Below are positions 60,353 to 64,000 of a stretch of 64,000 nt of DNA, one piece after another. Source of the DNA: a virus (lineage: Duplodnaviria > Caudoviricetes); the IMG/VR virus record IMGVR_UViG_3300028797_000100, positions 32,001 to 96,000 of that record; one strand, written 5' to 3'. Under the pieces are notes generated by a model. That model worked only from the letters and a program-made list of their open reading frames with translations, ran no database searches and was not told the DNA's origin. Both the position numbers and the translations under genes were made by a program. Each line of letters begins with the position of its first letter. Within the stretch, counting starts at the first letter, position 1.

Positions 60353-61075
60353 ATGATACTTGGTAAAAGAGAATATCGTTCCTCAGAAGGAATCGTACAT
60401 GGTTCTTATAACATCACTGACATTTATAAGAAACCTGATGGTACTATAGAATCATATCAGGTTGAAGTAAGTATGACACCGGGAACGACATACCCGGTCA
60501 TTCTTACTGAAGATGAACTTATAGCTGTTGCAAATAACATACCTGCGGCATATCAGTATATAGATAATGAGACACGCGGAAGAAGATTGTTCTCATTTCT
60601 GATAGGTGGTGCTAATGAAAGATACCTCAATGAATATTGCCAACTTCGTGGAATAACATTAGCAACCGATTGCGGTAAATTCCATTTCAGAAATTTCAGA
60701 TACATTGACATTATCGAGTACTGTAACTGCATGTATCAGTATCCAGGTGGCTTTAACATTGGTCCAAGATTTGTTCAGTATGATCAATACTTTGATAAAT
60801 GGAGAGATGAGGTCTGGGGTGGTAAAATGGAACCAATTGAAGTATGTTCTCACGAACAGTACTTCATGGCTGTCAACGGGTTATTGTGGTTGGACGACAA
60901 TATGGCTGAGAAAAGAAATAGAATGAATGAAGATGACTTTGCACGTTTTCTCTTCAGAACATTTGAAGAAAGTTATATCAAAGCATATGAGGAAGCCCGT
61001 CCTAAATTTGAAGAAAGATTTGGAGCTTTCTTGGAAAGTTTAAACAAAGAGGATGATAAAGATGGAAAGAAATAA
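60353..61075 (+). CDS. Hypothetical protein
   Basis: 240-aa ORF in the operon. Confidence 0.7.
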   Translation: MILGKREYRSSEGIVHGSYNITDIYKKPDGTIESYQVEVSMTPGTTYPVILTEDELIAVANNIPAAYQYIDNETRGRRLFSFLIGGANERYLNEYCQLRGITLATDCGKFHFRNFRYIDIIEYCNCMYQYPGGFNIGPRFVQYDQYFDKWRDEVWGGKMEPIEVCSHEQYFMAVNGLLWLDDNMAEKRNRMNEDDFARFLFRTFEESYIKAYEEARPKFEERFGAFLESLNKEDDKDGKK

Positions 61076-62141
61076 CTACACAAAAGTGCCTTGGAACAAA
61101 TGTACACTATTCAGCAGACAGGTACTTTATACAGAACATCGTATCGACAGACGAGACATTCCTGAATTTCCTTATGTGTATGAGGTAAGGATGGAAGAGG
61201 ACGAGGAAGAATCATGTACATATATCTCCGAAATAGATATCTCTGTACCGGATGACAATGAGTTTGGTGGAACAATTCTGTCCACCATCCCATTTCCGGT
61301 TAATATGAAATATCATTCGGTATATGTCAATAAGGATAACTGTTATATCGAATTCCTTCCATATAGCGATTTTAATACATTGGCTAGATGGGTAAAGGAA
61401 GACGATTCAGCATTCATTGTTCCAGCAAATCAAATCATACACAAGGTCACAAAACTGTTCATCTCACAACCATTCACTGGTTATGATGAAAAACAGATAA
61501 AGAAACAGCGTAAGCTCCTCAGAGAGTTATATGCTATATACACTGAGAGACCAGTTGACTGTATAGAACTCATAAATCAACTGGATCCAGTTGATTACAA
61601 AGAGGAAGGATATAAGGCCATATCTGAAGATAGATGGGCTCAGTATACATTCTGCCGTTCAATTGGTCTTCTTGGTTCTGCTGATGTTGTGTTATTCTAT
61701 GAAGACTGGACTAAGTCTAGAGGTTGTAAGATTGAGCATAAGATATGTAAGGAATATCATATCCCAAGTATCGGTCAAAACGATCTCATCCAGTTCTGTA
61801 TGGATAACCCTAAATATGATGATGACTATTTCATGCCATTATGGAAGAAGCAGTTCTTTGATATGCATGACATAGCTGATGTCAATATCTTCAGGAACAA
61901 CAAAGACGGTGGCTTTAATGCTACTGCTGAGATTAATTGCAACAGATACTGTGGTTCAGGCGTCACACCTAATGATGCCTACATAGATTTGTATGTAAAG
62001 CTCGATGAAGCAATACATGAAATTGCGACCAAGCAGATTGATGAACTCGATAAGGTCGATGTTAAAGTTCTGCTCTGTGATGATGCTGAAAATATCACTG
62101 ATGAAGATATTGAAAATGCTTTAAACAATTTAGAGATATAA
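61062..62141 (+). CDS. LPD28-like plus DUF4406/NDT-like fusion protein
   Basis: N-terminal LYTEHRIDRRDIPEFPYVYEVR...FGGTILS (LPD28-like); middle KLFISQPFTG...ADVVLFYEDWTKSRGCKIEHKIC (DUF4406-like). Confidence 0.6.
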   Translation: MERNNYTKVPWNKCTLFSRQVLYTEHRIDRRDIPEFPYVYEVRMEEDEEESCTYISEIDISVPDDNEFGGTILSTIPFPVNMKYHSVYVNKDNCYIEFLPYSDFNTLARWVKEDDSAFIVPANQIIHKVTKLFISQPFTGYDEKQIKKQRKLLRELYAIYTERPVDCIELINQLDPVDYKEEGYKAISEDRWAQYTFCRSIGLLGSADVVLFYEDWTKSRGCKIEHKICKEYHIPSIGQNDLIQFCMDNPKYDDDYFMPLWKKQFFDMHDIADVNIFRNNKDGGFNATAEINCNRYCGSGVTPNDAYIDLYVKLDEAIHEIATKQIDELDKVDVKVLLCDDAENITDEDIENALNNLEI

Positions 62142-62160
62142 TAATTAGGAGGAAAAGTAT

Positions 62161-62862
62161 ATGTTTTTCGCAAAAGAAATGAATTATCTTTCGACTAGAA
62201 TGATGGTACTGTCAAAGGCATCTGCATTGGTTGATGCTATTTATGTTCTGCTCCCCAGAGTTTTTAACAACATTGGAGATTTAGATACGAAGCCAAATCA
62301 TGCTAAAGATTTCGATGATATGGAATTTAATTGGCATGTGCCAGATATTGAGGAGTTACTCGAATATTGTCGTAAGAAAATGGCAGCCGGAGAAAGCTTC
62401 TACGAGACAACGATAAGACTTGCTGTATCTCAAGAAACAGCTCGTTCTGAAGAAGTTGAGAATAGTCTCAATACAGCCGTTAGAGTGTTCGTCAGTCTTT
62501 CAACAATTGCGTTTGATTCTAATGAGGAACCTATTGAGATCGATGGTTCGCATCATGGACATGATATTGATATAGTAATAGAGGTTGATAAGAATGGTGC
62601 ACATATTAATGACCATCTCTCAAGTGTAGATATTGCATTAGATAAGTATAAGGATCTGATAAAAGATGAGCCTGCTGTTAGTAGAGAACAACTGGCAAAA
62701 TTCTTCGATGGTGTTCTGAAGGCTATTGACGATGTAAATGGTAACGATGGCGATGGATATATGCTTCGTCGTTATGACAAATACTATAATAAATATGGCG
62801 TTTCATTTGACGAAGATGATTACTATTATTTCGAAAGAATAATAGAAGAAGTTGAGGAATAA
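62161..62862 (+). CDS. Acidic hypothetical protein
   Basis: 233 aa, RBS AGGAGG. Confidence 0.75.
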   Translation: MFFAKEMNYLSTRMMVLSKASALVDAIYVLLPRVFNNIGDLDTKPNHAKDFDDMEFNWHVPDIEELLEYCRKKMAAGESFYETTIRLAVSQETARSEEVENSLNTAVRVFVSLSTIAFDSNEEPIEIDGSHHGHDIDIVIEVDKNGAHINDHLSSVDIALDKYKDLIKDEPAVSREQLAKFFDGVLKAIDDVNGNDGDGYMLRRYDKYYNKYGVSFDEDDYYYFERIIEEVEE

Positions 62863-63252
62863 TAATTAATCAAAATCTGCTACTATAATTTACATCGATA
62901 ATGAGAGGATGAATAATTCTCTCTTTATCATAGATTCTGGAAACGGAGAAATGGATGTGTATGAGTTCGGGAGATTCTCTACATAGACCACCGGAGTACA
63001 GAGCGTTCGGAAATGGCACCTTATACGAAATGGTGATTTTCGGTCAACTTCGCCAAAATAGTTAGCCACAGTCCGGACGTCTACAAAAGCCCGCCCTTCC
63101 TTATCTTGGGCGGGATTGCTTTCAATTCGTTTTATGAACGTATCCTCCGATATATGATACTTGAGTGAAGGTTTCGGTCATTAGTCCTTCACATCATAAA
63201 ACGATTGAAATATAATTATCCCATATCAAGCGCACATAGATATGGGATATAT

Positions 63253-63338
63253 GCCGAAGTGATGGAATGGTAGACTTGGCAGACTCAAAATCTGCTGTGA
63301 GCAATCACGTGTGGGTTCGAGTCCCACCTTCGGCACCA
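63253..63338 (+). tRNA. trnL: tRNA-Leu(CAA)
   Basis: Acceptor GCCGAAG/CTTCGGC plus ACCA; D-loop with GGTA; anticodon arm GCAGA-CTCAAAA-TCTGC; long variable arm; T-arm GTGGG-TTCGAGT-CCCAC. Confidence 0.95.
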
Positions 63339-63339
63339 A

Positions 63340-63458
63340 TGATATTCGATGGGTGGTCCAAGAGAACGGTCGGAATGATTGATTTCGTTTCGTGGCAACA
63401 ATGAATATTGGATTATTCATTGGACGGGTTCAAGTCCCGTACGATCCTTCGAATATCA
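63340..63458 (+). ncRNA. tRNA-like structured RNA (non-canonical)
   Basis: Canonical T-arm ACGGG-TTCAAGT-CCCGT (63424-63440) and hairpin CAATGAATA..TATTCATTG, enclosed by TGATATTCGA/TCGAATATCA; no standard D arm, anticodon arm or CCA. Confidence 0.45.
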
Positions 63459-63848
63459 CACCAATGATATAGTGTACCTGTACATATCGGTCATGTTTCT
63501 TTGCCTGGGCATGACAGCACTTGCTTTCTCGGCTTATACTGCACCCATCTCTTCAGCGTCTAGGGTGTTATTCATGTGAATTCATAACAGTACACTATAT
63601 CATACCACCGGAGTTCTGGTATATCATAAATACAAACTAGAGGTACCCTAGTCATTCGTATTAGTTAATCCCCTAATCGACTTAGTATTTGTGATGAAGA
63701 AGTGCTTTACGTATGACCCAGATAAGGCGCTCCGGACCAGATGCTACTTTCGTTCCCACTTTAGTAGCATTTACTCATATGCGTGGCAGGAGCTTCCTCA
63801 ATTACTCCTGCCACACCCCCTAAAATAAATGAAAAGGAGTATTTAAAA

Positions 63849-63998
63849 ATGGAAAATGAGACTAAAAAGAATGATGACGGAATGGTTGAAATTGAGCTTG
63901 AACTTACACCAGAAGAACTTGAAGATCTGGAGAAGCGTGCTAAAGAACATAATATGACATTGGATGAATATTGTGTAGCATGTTGTAAAGTACCAGCG
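63849..63998 (+). CDS. Small protein, possibly ribbon-helix-helix-like (truncated by window end)
   Basis: ATG after AAAGGAG; MENETKKNDDGMVEIELELTPEELEDLEKRAKEHNMTLDEYCVACC. Confidence 0.55.
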   Translation, partial: MENETKKNDDGMVEIELELTPEELEDLEKRAKEHNMTLDEYCVACCKVPA

Positions 63999-64000
63999 CA

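Noticed and set aside
63226-63579. ORFs 63226-63420 and 63379-63579
   Set aside because: They overlap the tRNA and stem-loop modules and lack an RBS
1-64000. Alternative genetic code, or introns/inteins in RNAP or PolB genes
   Set aside because: Long genes read through in the standard code and no intron or intein signatures were seen

Overview
This window is a 64-kb segment of a phiKZ/AR9-like jumbo phage genome in the standard genetic code. Strong GAAAGGAGG-type RBSs suggest a Firmicutes host (inference). The minus strand carries late/virion genes: three tail-fibre-like proteins, three BspA-type LRR proteins, large structural proteins, acidic head proteins and a virion RNAP beta subunit. 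The plus strand carries early/replication genes: a split family-B DNA polymerase, an SSB-like protein, a sigma-like nvRNAP subunit, nvRNAP beta'-N, NADAR, an alphaCTD fusion, ThyX, tRNA-Leu and structured ncRNA candidates. Two phage promoter motifs recur: TATATTATTA (early-like) and AAAC-N7-TAA (late-like). The standout is a plus-strand island at 34.9-37.5 kb. It encodes a stand-alone Cas7/RAMP-fold protein and a small ORF, followed by a ~1-kb non-coding array with a hairpin leader and a terminator. The array consists of 5-nt NNNGY units punctuated by ~25 NNNGGY hexamers. It looks like a CRISPR-independent RNA-guided system with a non-contiguous guide code (VIPR-like). Family calls come from motif recognition by eye, not database searches.
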